From: Eledone cirrhosa | Lineage: Eukaryota | Assembly (NCBI GenBank): GCA_964016885.1 | Contig: CAXHJY010000876.1 | Coordinates: 1 to 64,000 of the forward strand | DNA: 64,000 bases | Direction: 5' to 3' | Notes under the pieces: model-generated | What the model saw: the letters and a program-made list of their open reading frames with translations, nothing else | Database searches by the model: none | What the model was told of the DNA's origin: nothing | Position numbers and translations under genes: made by a program | Shown here: positions 16,827 to 31,649 of the stretch, one piece after another | How positions within the stretch are numbered: the stretch's first letter is position 1 | Layout of the letters: every line of letters starts with the position of its first letter

Positions 16827-17563
16827 GTTAGTCTACCTGCTATTCTATCACCCACACATCTCTCTTTCCCCCTTTTCTCCTTCTCTCCCCCCCTCTCTCT
16901 CTCTCTTACACACTCTCTCAAACTGACATACACACACAGTCTTTCTCACTAACATGTCCTCTCTCACTCTCTTACACACTCTCTCAAACTGACATATACA
17001 CAGTCTCTCTCACACACGCACTCTTTCTCTGTCTCTCTCTTACTCTCTCAAATTGACATACACACACACTCTCAAGTCCACTCTTTCTCCATTTCTCTCT
17101 CTCTCTCTCAGCCCTCTCATGCACATTCCCTCATACTCTCCCTCTCACTACATCCCTCTCTCTCATAAACTTTCTCTCACACTCTCATCCCCTCTCACTT
17201 CAAAGCTCCCTTTCTTACACGTACTCTTTTTTAATCTCTCTCTCTCTCTCTCTCTCACACACTCACACACTCTCCCTATCTCTCTCTTTCTCACACACTC
17301 ACACACTATCTCTCTCTCTCACACACACTCATACACTCTCCCTATCTCTCTCTCTCTCACACACTCACACACTCTCCCTATCTCTCTCTCTCACACACAC
17401 TCATACACTCTCCCTATCTCTCTCTCTCACACTCACACACACACACACACTCTCCCCCTCTCTCTCACACACACACTCAAACACTCTCTCTCTCTCTATC
17501 ACACACACTCACCCCCCTCTCTCTCTTTCACACACACACACTCACACTTCTCGTTCTCACATG

Positions 17564-17604
<41 letters not shown>

Positions 17605-17995
17605 CCTCTCTCTTTCACACACACACACGCACACTCATCTCTCTTTCTCTCTTTTTCTGATTATTAATCATTACTTGTATTCTTAAGATTTGCTTATTCT
17701 ATCATTCTTGCAATTTGGTTATTTTTCCATTCTTTCCATTAGCTCATTCTTTCATTCTTTTGATTTACTCATTCCTTCATTCTTTAGATTCGTTTATTCT
17801 TACATTCTGTTAATACAATAATGTTTCTTTACTTATTCGGTCCATTTCATAATCATTTGTCTTCATTTATGTCGTCTACGAACAACGTATATGTATATAC
17901 ATATATGTATATATATATATATGCATGTATATATATATATATATATATATGCATGTATATATGTATGTATGTATTCTTTTGATATATATGTGTAC

Positions 17996-18057
<62 letters not shown>

Positions 18058-18141
18058 AAAGGTAAACAGAAATAACAACACAATCGGTACAGTATATGGA
18101 AGGGATATATTAGGTTAACGCTTGATATAGCAGGAAGAGGG

Positions 18142-18177
18142 TCTTAACGTTTCGGACATTAGTCCTTCATCAGAAGA
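18142..18177 (-). ncRNA. Minimal hammerhead motif
   Basis: Minus strand: tctt CTGATGA a ggac taat gtcc GAAAC GTT aaga. Confidence 0.8.
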
Positions 18178-18384
18178 AAGAATGAAAAATAAGATAGATT
18201 GAGGGGACGGGTGGGATGGAATTGGAAAAAATGTCTTCAGATAGAAAAGATTTGAGATTGGGCATATTGAAGGTACGAGGGTGGGAGTGAAAAATAGACG
18301 GGTGAGAAGAAGAAGGTGGTGTCTAAAGACATTTTTCCCAATTCCAGCCCGCCCGTCCCTTCAATCTATCTTATTTCTTATTCT

Positions 18385-18422
18385 TTCTTCTGATGAAGGA
18401 CTAGCGTCCGAAACGTTAAGAA
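18385..18422 (+). ncRNA. Minimal hammerhead motif
   Basis: ttctt CTGATGA a ggac tagc gtcc GAAAC GTT aagaa. Stem II is identical to the other arm while the loop differs; helix III is the palindrome AACGTT. Confidence 0.8.
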
Positions 18423-18498
18423 TCTCTTTCTGCTATTTCAAGCGTTAACCTAATATATTCCTTCCATATACTGTACCGATTATGTTGTTATTTCTGTT

Positions 18499-18539
<41 letters not shown>

Positions 18540-18542
<3 letters not shown>

Positions 18543-18648
18543 AGATTCAGGACCCTGACGGCTGAGCTCCGGCCATTTCGACAGCTAGATTCGAACTAAA
18601 GCGCCAGTATTTCAAGGGCGGGAATCTAGCTGAACTTATCACGGTATA

Positions 18649-18650
<2 letters not shown>
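18540..18650 (-). mobile_element. Family A copy that is not folded back and retains a degenerate complete hammerhead
   Basis: Minus strand: acc GTGATAA gtt cagctagattc [loop] gaatctagctg tc GAAA tggc cggagctca gccGTC agggt. Confidence 0.55.
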
Positions 18651-18691
<41 letters not shown>

Positions 18692-18958
18692 TAGAGAGAG
18701 AGAGAGAGAGAGGTGGTGGTAAGAGAGTGAGAAGTAAAATCCCCAAAGCGGTGCCAAACTCTCAGCACCGCCACTACTCTCTCCCCACCTCTCTCTCTCC
18801 CCCACCTCTGTCTCTCACTCACTCACACACACACAGTCACACACACATACACACGCACACACATGTATACAGGTGTGGGTTCAAATGAACGGAAAGATCT
18901 ATCAACAGTGGAAGTTGATAGATCTTATATCTATGTATGTATATACATAGATATACGC

Positions 18959-19015
<57 letters not shown>

Positions 19016-19135
19016 TCATTCATATATACACAGTTATATGTATATATATATACATATATGTATATATATATATCATCATCATCATCATCATCATCATCAT
19101 CTTCGTTTAACGTCTATCTTCCACACTAGCATGGG

Positions 19136-19236
<101 letters not shown>

Positions 19237-19777
19237 TGTGTGTGTGTGTTTGCAAGCAGGTGGAATGCCAGTTTTGAAAAAAAAATCAGTTCAGTCAACT
19301 AATTCATAATAATTTATATCTGGAAGTGTTTCCTTCACAAAACTAATCAGATAATTCGTTTAAAATAGATAACTTATAAATCACAGTACGTTTGTCTTAT
19401 ATATGTGTCAATCCTAGTGTGAGAGAGGCATTGAAAGGTAGAGGGAGAGTGAAAGGGAGTGTGATGTAGAGAGAAGGCAGAGAGAGAGGCGGAGAGAGAA
19501 TATGAGAGAGGGAGAATAGGGAAGAGGTAGAGAGAGAGAGAGAGAAAGGAAAAAAAATGTATGTGTATAGGTGTCTGCGAGTGCGTATCTAGGGAGTTTA
19601 TACATGCATACATACATACATATATATACATTTATATATATGTGTGTATATATATATATATATTAGAAAGTGAGGTTTTTTTTACAAAACGAAAAATAAC
19701 CGAGGTGTCCTACACGAGTGAAAGTATAAAGAAAAAGTGTGATGTGAGAAAAACCACAGACCCTCCATCTCAACTCA

Positions 19778-19815
19778 CCTTTTGAAAAGCAGAAGAACTG
19801 CGAAACCGGTAAAGG
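19778..19815 (+). ncRNA. Minimal hammerhead motif, U3-A8 variant
   Basis: cctt TTGAAAA gcag aagaa ctgc GAAAC cg GTA aagg. Helices I and II are perfect and helix III is the palindrome ACCGGT. Confidence 0.7.
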
Positions 19816-19884
19816 AACCAAATAAATATATATATTTAAAAAAAAAATAAGACTCCAGTTGCATTTTCGATTTCATCTCTTTTT

Positions 19885-19968
<84 letters not shown>

Positions 19969-20036
19969 ATACATGTATGTATAAATCTTCTTTCTTAAAA
20001 CCACCTAATGCATTTTGAACTTTATATATATATATA

Positions 20037-20079
<43 letters not shown>

Positions 20080-20380
20080 CATATACAATAAGGCGGTGCC
20101 CCAGCATGGCCGCTATCTAATGACTGAAACCAGTAATAAGTGTATTTAAAAATACGAGGAAAGCACAAACGGGCGACATTCCCATCATCAGTTGTCTGCT
20201 GGAGATCACGGACATTTCAACGCATTATATAAGTATTTATGTATGTATGAATGTGTTTCTATGTGTGTGTGCGTATATGTATATGCATACACTCACATAT
20301 AACGATACCAATACACACACTCCACATGTGTTTCTACTCGTTATTTAAACTACCTAACGGTTTTCTCGTTTTCCCTCTTC

Positions 20381-20412
<32 letters not shown>

Positions 20413-20582
20413 GGACCTTTTTTTTTTGTTTCTCTATTGTGATCCTGTCTCTATTTCTTACTCCTGAAGAAAGGTTTAAGTCCGACACGTCGAACTCTCC
20501 TACCTCTTTCCAATATAAAGCGTGAAACTAATAAGACTTTTGTCTCCTTGAACTATATATATATATTTATATACACCCACAA

Positions 20583-20636
<54 letters not shown>

Positions 20637-20649
20637 ACACACACCCACA

Positions 20650-20694
<45 letters not shown>

Positions 20695-21466
20695 CCAGGT
20701 AGTGTAAGGTGAAATTACTATAGGTTCACCCAGGTGAGCACTCGACGTTTCGGTTCACGTCAGTGGCGAGGTGTAGAGCTAGACAGAGTGTAATATAATA
20801 ATTGTTTCTACGTTTTGGAACAAGGCCAGCAATTACCCAGTGCATTGCTGGTACTTTATTTTATCGACCCCCTAAGGATGAAAGGCAAAGTAATAATGCA
20901 AGGACAATTTATTAAGCCTTCATTACGTTTATTAATTGATGACGCGCGTTTCGCTATTGATCAGCTGAAGGTTCGATCTGTATCGATCTGGCCCGAATCT
21001 GGAATCAAAAGCTCGTTGGACTTCTGCTGTTGTAATATATATATAAGGGACAGATAAAACAAAATGAAATACGGTAAAATCAGAGAATAATAGTTTAACG
21101 CTTGGAAGTAAAAGTCAGAGAAAGTCAGTTCTTAATGGATTAGGCTATGTTCTTCATTAGATGGTAGGTAGAGGAAGAAACAACGTAGGTAAAAGAGAAT
21201 TAAGGCTCAGAGGCGGTTGAGAAGAAAGCCTGTATATATCGTTGCTAAGATACTATATGAAAAGCACGTTCGTGTGGCTCTCTGCTCGTCTTACTCTCTG
21301 CAATCCTTCGATTTAAAACAATTCGAACTTTTATGGATCCTCTGAAGTTCCAGTGCCTTGATTACACTACCTGCATAAATATATGCACACCTTGGCTCGC
21401 ATATCTATATATACACATACACACACATACATACATACACACACAATACACACAAGCATACATTCT

Positions 21467-21502
<36 letters not shown>

Positions 21503-21572
21503 TACACACATGCAGACACATACATACATGCAGATACACACATGCATACTTAAAGGCATGCACACATTCACT

Positions 21573-21640
<68 letters not shown>

Positions 21641-21643
<3 letters not shown>

Positions 21644-21832
21644 CGAAGGAAATGTGGTAAGGAACCAGGTGGACCATAACGCACCAAAGTACTCAATACT
21701 TGGGGTAGCAGAGTGGGTAATAGGATTCAGTAAGACCCCAACGGCTGAGCTCAAGCCGTTTCGACGGCTAATTCTGGACTCAGAATTAGCCGTCGAAACG
21801 GCTTGAGCTCAGCCGTCGGGGTCTTACTGGTT

Positions 21833-21837
<5 letters not shown>
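21641..21837. mobile_element. Family A fold-back copy (axis 21778/21779) in (TA)n
   Basis: Palindrome 21720-21837 plus a unique tail, homologous to 7736-7945. Confidence 0.8.
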
Positions 21838-21868
<31 letters not shown>

Positions 21869-22245
21869 TACATACACGCATGCAGGCACACACATGCACA
21901 CACAATACACACATGCACACATTCACTCACATATATATACATATACACACACACAATACACACATGCATACACACATGCGCAGACAAATACGTACACACA
22001 CAGATACACACACACCTCTGCACACATGCACGCATATATACTCTCTTTTAATACTCTCCCAGTCATCTCCACTCAAATTCAAACTCTCTCAAAACCATTT
22101 CCCACAATTCCTCACGGGATGTGCTTCACCCTATAAATTGTACAACCGTTATCTTCCTCTCTGCCAACACCACTGTTGTCTTTTTTAATGGCTTCTCCTG
22201 GCAGAAAATTCACCGAAAACAAAATGACTAGCAACTGGCACTTAC

Positions 22246-22290
22246 CATTTCTCTTAAGCCTGCAAAGATTATCAACGCTTTCAAGTGAAA
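22246..22290 (-). other. Candidate 45-nt exon on the minus strand, product unknown
   Basis: On the minus strand it has acceptor ttttgattttgaattattacag| and donor aatg|gtaagt. Its length is a multiple of 3 and it is open in two frames (FHLKALIIFAGLREM or SLESVDNLCRLKRN). Confidence 0.3.
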
Positions 22291-22934
22291 CTGTAATAAT
22301 TCAAAATCAAAAAATAATATCTCCTTAAAATCAAAATTTACCGTAATAGTAATAAAAACCAAATAGAATTTTTTTTTATGAAATAAAAATACTCCCCCAA
22401 AATAAAAAAAAAAAAAAAAATAATAATAAATAATAAATTAATATAAAAAAAATAAATAACATTATCATACGTTCAAATCGCAAATTTCTCGTTAAAAAAA
22501 AAGCAATCTTCAAATCTTGCCATAAAAATCAATATTTTAAAACAAACAAACAACGAAACATACCAAAATATAGTAATAAAAGGTGAACTGTATCGTTAAA
22601 ACTAAAATAAAATGAAAAGAACACCCCCCGAAAAACAGGAAAATATTTAGTATTTGAGGTAATATATTATGAAAAGTTAGAAAAATGTGTGTAACAAACA
22701 CAATGTTATATAATTAATTCATAATTTACATAATTTCTTGTTTCAATATTTTCACACGAGTAAACTAGTCAAACAACAACAACAACAAAAAGAAAGAAAA
22801 AATAATAAACCCTCCAAAAAAGCAACGAAAAATAAAACCATAAAATTTCAAATGAATAAAACAAAACATTCTCTTTCCTAAACACACACACATACACACA
22901 CATACACACATACACACACATATATATACACACG

Positions 22935-23006
<72 letters not shown>

Positions 23007-23137
23007 CACACATATATATACACATATATATACACACATACACACACATACACATACACACACATGCACAGATATATATACACACATACACACACATACA
23101 CATACACACACGTGGACACACACACACACACACACGT

Positions 23138-23207
<70 letters not shown>

Positions 23208-23549
23208 CCACATACACATACATATACACACATATACGCACACATATACACACATACACGCACATACACATAGTATACACACACATGCGCACACACATAC
23301 ACATATACACACACATACACACATACACATACACACACACATAACATACACACACATAAAACACATATACACACACATGCACACACATACACACACATAT
23401 ACACATACACACACACATAACATACACATACATGAAAACACATACACACACACATATACCAACGTGACCACTATTACCACACTACAACCATCACCACCAA
23501 CAACACCACCACCACTGTTCTCACCACTACCGCAGCCGCCGCCGTCATT

Positions 23550-24822
23550 GACACCTATACCACCACCGACACCAACACCTATACCCCCACCGTCACCAAC
23601 ACCTATACCCCCACCCACACCAACACCTATACCCCCACCCACACCAACACCTATACCCCCACCGTCACCAACACCTATACCACCACCGTCACCAACACCT
23701 ATACCACCACCCACACCAACACCTATACCACCACCCACACCAACACCTATACCACCACCCACACCAACACCTATACCACCACCGTCACCAACACCCATAC
23801 CACCACCCACACCAACACCTATACCCCCACCGTCACCAACACCTATACCACCACCCACACCAACACCTATACCACCACCGTCACCAACACCTATACCACC
23901 ACCCACACCAACACCTATACCCCCACCGTCACCAACACCTATACCTCCACCGTCACCAACACCTATACCACCACCCACACCAACACCTATACCACCACCG
24001 TCACCAACACCTATACCACCACCGTCACCAACACCTATACCCCCACCGTCACCAACACTTCGCCACTACCACAGCCACCAACACCTATACCACCACCGAC
24101 ACCAACACCTATACCACCACCGACACCAACACCTATACCACCACCCACACCAACACCTATACCTCCATCGTCACCAACACCTATACCGCCACCCACACCA
24201 ACACCTATACCACCACCGTCACCAACACCTATACCACCACCGTCACCAACACCTATACCACCACCCACACCAACACCTATACCACCACCCACACCAACAC
24301 CTATACCACCACCCACACCAACACCTATACCCCCACCGTCACCAACACCTATACCCCCACCGTCACCAACACCTATACCCACACCAACACCTATACCCCC
24401 ACCGTCACCAACATTTATACCACCACCCACACCAACACCTATACCACCACCGTCACCAACACCTATACCCCCACCGTCACCAACACCTATACCACCACCC
24501 ACACCAACACCTATACCCCCACCGTCACCAACACCTATACCACCACCGTCACCAACACCTATACCACCACCCACACCAACACCTATACCACCACCCACAC
24601 CAACACCTATACCACCACCGTCACCAACACCTATACCCCCACCGTCACCAACACCTATACCACCACCCACACCAACACCTATACTACCACCCACACCAAC
24701 ACCTATACCACCACCCACACCAACACCTATACCCCCACCCACACCAACACCTATACCACCACCGTCACCAACACCTATACCCCCACCCACACCAACACCT
24801 ATACCACCACCGTCACCAACAC
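23550..24822. repeat. 24-bp minisatellite
   Basis: Unit ccaacacctatacc(a/c)ccacc(gtca/caca). Confidence 0.95.
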
Positions 24823-24935
24823 CCCCTGCCGCCACCACGCCTGCCATCCCACCAACCACGTATCCCCACCCCCCTAAATAAAGTTCTATGGTTATATAGT
24901 CTTGCTTGAACTGCCCTTCAGTTATACTTCATTAT

Positions 24936-25677
24936 GGTCGGACGCCATGCTTTGACGCATAGAGTTACGGCCCTTGTCATTCTGAGTTCAAATCCCGCCG
25001 AGGTTAACTTTGCCTTTCATCCTTACGGGGTCGAAAAAATAAAGTACCAGTAATGCACTGGGTAATTGCTGGCCTTGTGCCAATAGTAGAAACAATTATA
25101 TTTGTGGATTGGCAGTATCGGTAGAGGGTCGGACGCCATGCTTTGACGCATAGACTCACGACCCTTGCCATTCTGAGTTCAAATCCCGCCGAGGTTAACT
25201 TTGCCTTTCATCCTTACGGGGTCGATAAAATAAAGTACCAGTAATGCACTGGGTAATTGCTGGCCTTGTGCCAATAGTAGAAACAATTATATTTGTGGAT
25301 TGGCAGTATCGGTAGAGGGTCGGACGCCATGCTTTGACGCATAGACTCACGACCCTTGCCATTCTGAGTTCAAATCCCGCCGAGGTTAACTTTGCCTTTC
25401 ATCCTTACGGGGTCGATAAAATAAAGTACCAGTAATGCACTGGGTAATTGCTGGCCTTGTGCCAATAGTAGAAACAATTATATTTGTGGATTGGCAGTAT
25501 CGGTAGAGGGTCGGACGCCATGCTTTGACGCATAGACTCACGACCCTTGCCATTCTGAGTTCAAATCCCGCCGAGGTTAACTTTGCCTTTCATCCTTACG
25601 GGGTCGATAAAATAAAGTACCAGTAATGTACTGAGTAATTGCTGGTCTTGTGCCAAAAAGTAGAAACAATTATATTT
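24936..25677 (+). mobile_element. Head-to-tail tandem array of four SINE units, 191-bp period
   Basis: gagttcaaatcccg recurs at 24984, 25175, 25366 and 25557. Dispersed single copies occur at ~13050-13190, 33125-33315, 56645-56835 (-) and 20800-20890 (-). Confidence 0.9.
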
Positions 25678-25792
25678 CTGTTTTGTTTATGTGTGGCACA
25701 TTCGTGCAAGATTTGGAAATGGGGGAGAAATCCTATAAACCGCTTCTGCTATAAAAACAACGCCCTTGGATATTAATTTCATAATTTCTTTG

Positions 25793-25957
25793 TTATCCGC
25801 CATCTGAAATACATTAGAACCAGTGAGTCTATCGTTGGCAACCTGTATTATCCGCCATCTGAAATACATTAGAACCAGTGAGTCTATCGTTGGCAACCTG
25901 TATTATCCGCCATCTGAAATACATTAGAACCAGTGAGTCTATCGTTGGCAACCTGTA
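25793..25957. repeat. Three identical 55-bp tandem units
   Basis: ttatccgccatctgaaatac... starts at 25793, 25848 and 25903. Confidence 0.9.
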
Positions 25958-26059
25958 AAAAACAAGGTATTGTTAAAATGCATGGTATAAAATGTGAAAT
26001 ATATCATCATCATCATCACCATCATCATGATAAATAACGTCATTGTCATTGTCATCGTG

Positions 26060-26090
<31 letters not shown>

Positions 26091-26234
26091 CCAGTACCAT
26101 CATCGTTGATATTATCATCGTCGTTATCATCATTATCATCATCATCATCATCATCATCAATCACCAATCATCATCATCATCATCATCATCATCACTGTTC
26201 ACCATCATCATTGTCATAATAAATAACGTCATCG

Positions 26235-26267
<33 letters not shown>

Positions 26268-26512
26268 CCACCCCACCATCATCATCATCATCATCATCAT
26301 TATCATCATCACCACCACCACCATCACCACCATCATTATCACCATCATTATCATCATCATCACCACCACCACCATCACCACCACCACCATCATTATCATC
26401 ATGATCACCACCACCACCATCATCATCATCATCACCACTGTTTACTATCATCATTGTCATCATAAATAACGTCATCGTCATCATCATCATCATCGTCATC
26501 ATCACCATCACA

Positions 26513-26790
26513 TTGTCGTGGGACCAGCACAACCACCGTACAGGGTTCACTCAGTGCTTTTTGTCGTGGGACCAGCACAACCACGGTACAGGGTTGACTC
26601 AGTGATTTTTGTCGTGGCACCAGCACAACCACCGTACAGGGTTCACTCAGTGCTTTTTGTCGTGGCACCAGCACAACCACGGTACAGGGTTGACTCAGTG
26701 ATTTTTGTCGTGGGACCAGCACAACCACCTGATAGGGTTCACTCAGTGCTTTTTGTCGTGGCACCAGCACAACCCCCTGATAGGGTCGAC
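26513..26790. repeat. 48-bp minisatellite, about 6 units with alternating variants
   Basis: Unit tgtcgtgg(g/c)accagcacaaccac(c/g)gtacagggtt(c/g)actcagtg(c/a)tttt. Confidence 0.9.
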
Positions 26791-26894
26791 TGAGCTAGTT
26801 TTCTTGTGGCACCAACATTACCATCTAACAAGATGGTTTGGGTTCTTTCTCTTTGCAGAGAGGACTGGGTGCATATTAAAAGCAAAGCATGTTA

Positions 26895-27434
26895 CTGCAA
26901 CCACCAACACCACCACCAACACCACCAACACCACCACCAACAACAACACCACCACCACCACCAACACCACCCATACCATCAACACCACCAACACCAACAC
27001 CACCACCACCACCAACACCACCACCACCACCAACAACACCACCACCAACACCACCACCACCACCACCACCAACAACAGACAACAACAACAACACCACCAC
27101 CAACACCACCAACACCGCCACCAACACCACCACCACCACAAACACCACCACCAACAACAACAACACCACCACCACCACCACCACCACCAATAATAACAAC
27201 AACATCACCAACACCACCACCAACACCACCACCAACAACACCACCACCACCAACAACAACAACAACGCCACCAACACCGCCACCGCCACCAACACCGCCA
27301 CCAACACCACCACCAACACCACCACCAACAACACCACCACCAACAACAACAACAACAACGCCACCAACACCGCCACCAACACCGCCACCAACACCACCAC
27401 CACCACCAACACCGCCACCGACAACAACAACACC

Positions 27435-27466
<32 letters not shown>

Positions 27467-27870
27467 CACCACCACCAACACCGCCACCAACAACAACAAC
27501 ACCACCACCAACACCACCACCACCACCACCAACACCACCAACACCGCTACCAACAACAACAACACCAACACCACCACCACCACCACCAACACCACCAACA
27601 CCGCTACCAACAACAACAACACCACCACCACCACCACCACCACTAACACCACCACCACCACCACCACAAACACCACCACCAACAACAACAACACCACCAC
27701 CAACACCACCACCACCACCACCAACACCGCCACCAACAACAACAACACCACCACCAACACCACCACCACCACCACCAACACCACCACCACCACCACCAGC
27801 AACAACAACACCACCACCACCACCAACACCACCAACACCATCACCACCAGCAACAACAACAACAACAACA
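26895..27870. repeat. Mixed (CCA)n/(CAA)n array
   Basis: Read directly from the sequence. Confidence 0.95.
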
Positions 27871-28143
27871 TGAACTTAGAATAAACAGCAAAATGAACAT
27901 CAATAACAACAGCAGCTGCCTGGACATTAATTTCAGTATCAGTAATTGATGTCCAACGATTAATTACTCCTCCTCATCCCCCTCCTCCCCCCTCCTCCTC
28001 CCCATCATCATCATCATCATCATCACCATCATTCACTCTCTCTCTCTCTCTCTCTTACACACACAGACACACATTCTCTCTCTCTCTCCACCCCTCTCTC
28101 TCACTCTCTCTCTCTCTCTCTGGGGAGGTATATATAATCATAC

Positions 28144-28214
<71 letters not shown>

Positions 28215-28224
28215 CATACCTCCA

Positions 28225-28288
<64 letters not shown>

Positions 28289-28294
28289 CCTCCA

Positions 28295-28372
<78 letters not shown>

Positions 28373-28401
28373 ATATATATATATAGATACATACCTCCAT
28401 A

Positions 28402-28465
<64 letters not shown>

Positions 28466-28471
28466 CCTCCA

Positions 28472-28573
<102 letters not shown>

Positions 28574-28597
28574 CATATATACATATACATACCTCCA

Positions 28598-28687
<90 letters not shown>

Positions 28688-28836
28688 CCTCTATATCTAT
28701 TTCTCTCTATATATCTTCACACCATTTTCTCTCTCTTTCTTTATATATATATGAATGTTTATATGTATATATATATAAATATATATATACATACCTCTAT
28801 ATCTTTATCTCTCTCTCTATATATATCTTCATACCA

Positions 28837-28877
<41 letters not shown>

Positions 28878-29085
28878 ACTCCACCACTCCTCTCTATCTA
28901 TCAACACCCTTCTCTCTCTTCTCTTCGCCCCACTCTCCGCACTCTCTCTCCCCAGACAGCACTAGTTTCAATAATTAGAAAATTGGTGAAAATTACTTGA
29001 TAGACCTGATTCTCATTAAACCAAGTGTGGTTTTGATATGGAATACCCCCTCTCTCTCTCTTCCCCACTCACACGTGTGCATGTG

Positions 29086-29271
<186 letters not shown>

Positions 29272-29455
29272 CATATATGTATATATATGTATATATATAT
29301 GTATATATATATACATATATATATATACATATACATATATATATGCATATATATACATATACATATATACATATATATATATATATACATATATACATAT
29401 ATACATATATATACATAATAAATACACACATATATACATACATATTCACACATAC

Positions 29456-29507
<52 letters not shown>

Positions 29508-29532
29508 GTGTGTGTGTATGTGTATGTGTATA

Positions 29533-29572
<40 letters not shown>

Positions 29573-29853
29573 TATATACATACACATACACATACACACA
29601 CACACATATATATATACAGACGTGCATATAACATACTCAGATGTATACACATTTTTTCACGTGTTAATAGTTTGAGTGGTGGTTGTAGTGGTGGTGTGGT
29701 TTCAGTGATGGTGGTCATAGTGGTAGTGGTTGTTGTGTTGGTGTTTGTAGTGGTGGTGGTTGCGGTGTTGTTTCTAGTTGTAGCGGTGTTTGTAATTGTA
29801 GTGGTAGGGGTGGTGGCTGTTGTGTTGATTAGGTATTTGAGAAAACAGAGTAC

Positions 29854-29889
<36 letters not shown>

Positions 29890-30914
29890 TTGAGAGACGG
29901 AGAAAGAAAGTGGAAACAGAAGAAGAGAAGGAGAGGAAGAGAAGGGAAGAAGAGAGAGAAAGAGGAAGAAAAGATAGAAGAGAGAGAAAGAGGAAAGAGA
30001 AGAGAAGAAGAGAGAGAAAGAGGTAAGAGAAGAAGAGAGAGAAGAAAGAGAAGGAGAGAGAAAGGGGAAAGAGAAGAGAAGAAGAGAGAGAAGAGAAGAA
30101 GAAAGAGGAAAGAGAAGGAGAGAATGTGAGAATGGCTGACAGAGGAGGAGAGAGACAGAGAAAGAGATAAAAACAAAGAAACAGAGAGAAGAAACAGTCT
30201 ATAACCAAATCGAAAGAAATGCCAAAAGATCGATATTCAGTTGGTAAAAGCGATATATTAACATCTGAAGAGTGTTGGCTTCATCTACCACTTGTTGTCA
30301 TCATGAAATGGCAGACGATAAATTTCTTAGAGGGAACAGCTACAGGTAAAATGGCGCTGAAATATGTATATATCTTAGAAGTTGTCGTCTGGTTTCTTTA
30401 CATTTCTTTATTGTACAAAGCGTATAACGACGGATGTTGTTGATGACGATTGATGATAATGGTGGTGGTGGTGGTGGTGGTGGTGGTGGTAGTTGTGAGG
30501 GTGGTGATGGTACTGGTGGTGGTGGTTGTGATGATGATAGTGGTGGTGGTGATTGTGTTGGTGATGGTGGTGGTGGTGATTGTGTTGGTGATGGTGGTGG
30601 TGGTGATTGTGTTGGTGGTGGTGGTGGTGGTGATTGTGATGGTGATGGTGATGGTGGTGCTTCTGAGAATGATGATGTTGATGATGATAGCGGTGGTGAT
30701 GGTGGTGGTGGTGGTGTTTGTAAGGATGACGATGATGATGATAGTGGTGGTGGTGGTGGTGAGGGTGATGGTGGTGGTGGTTGTGAGAATGATGATGATG
30801 ATGATAGTGGTGGTGATGGTGGTGGTGGTGGTGGTGGTTGTGAGAATCATGATGATAGTGGTAGTGGTGATGATGATAACGATGGACCTCCGTCGGTTTC
30901 GACAGTGAGTCTTC

Positions 30915-31250
30915 TTTTTACCCGCTTACTTCTGAGAAGGTCATGGGAGCAGAGTCCTAAGACACGCCTTACAGAAACTCCTATCAGAAGCAAAAATCTC
31001 CAAATGATTTGGCTGGATTCCGAAGCGAGACCAACCGAACTTATAGATGATATTAAACAATTTTGTTCGGGGTAGTCTACTCTCAGTCTCCTTCTCGTTA
31101 GCTTTGCCCGTAAAATCTGTCCAGCTATTCTTTCCTTAGACATTATAATTATATGTCCGGAGTGCCAGAGCTGTGATCTTTCGATGCGGAGAAGTAGCGA
31201 CTCCCTGATCTCCAAGCTGCGAGTAACATTACTCCAGAGGAACCCTATTT
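30915..31250 (-). mobile_element. RTE-clade LINE 3' fragment
   Basis: Encodes LLLRIERSQLWHSGHIIIMSKERIAGQILRA, matching the RTE C-terminal LRW.GH..RM pattern. Confidence 0.7.
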
Positions 31251-31649
31251 CAGGCGTTTGTATTCGCGATCGTATTCTTTCGGCACGGCGACGAATTGGC
31301 AGAGTCGTTAGAGCGTCGTATAGAATGCTTTGAGGTATTCGTTTCGACTCTTCACTCTCTGAGTTCAAATCCTGCCAAGGTCAACTTTGTCTTTCATCCA
31401 TTCAAGGTTGATAAAAAAAAGTACCAGTCTAGTACTGGAGTTGATTCCAGCTCTATATATCTCTTTCTCACTTCCATTCTCTCATTCCTCTATCCTTCTC
31501 TGGAAGAAATTTACTGTATTCAGACCTGGCGATGAGATGGGCCTCGCCTGGTTTTAAAATGTCCAAGAAATGCCGTATGTCAATATGGCGCCTCCACAAC
31601 TCCCTTAGGAGTTACAGATCCACCCATCCATCCATCCATACATACATAC

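Larger units (their letters stand above)
18059..18504. mobile_element. Penelope-like fold-back element in (TA)n (arms 18059-18237 and 18326-18504)
   Basis: Inverted arms of about 180 bp, both ending in TA tracts, each with an intact hammerhead core. Confidence 0.85.

Noticed and set aside
20938-20975. Hammerhead on the minus strand (gct..agc GAAAC gcgc GTC)
   Set aside because: Only the 3' half is present, with no CUGANGA. Similar halves at ~1140, ~41230 and ~41420 were not called.
22878-24909. Gly-rich or extensin-like ORFs (GGGIGVGD / TPIPPP)
   Set aside because: A 24-bp minisatellite open on both strands, with frameshifts and no signal peptide or splice context.
24975-25000. tRNA gene
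   Set aside because: The B-box-like sequence belongs to a SINE head and no cloverleaf can be formed.
26513-26790. CRISPR-like regular array
   Set aside because: The units are wholly repeated with no unique spacers, there are no cas genes, and the context is eukaryotic.
30240-30345. Possible plus-strand exon (cag|ttgg...acag|gtaaaa)
   Set aside because: Weak acceptor and no recognisable protein similarity.
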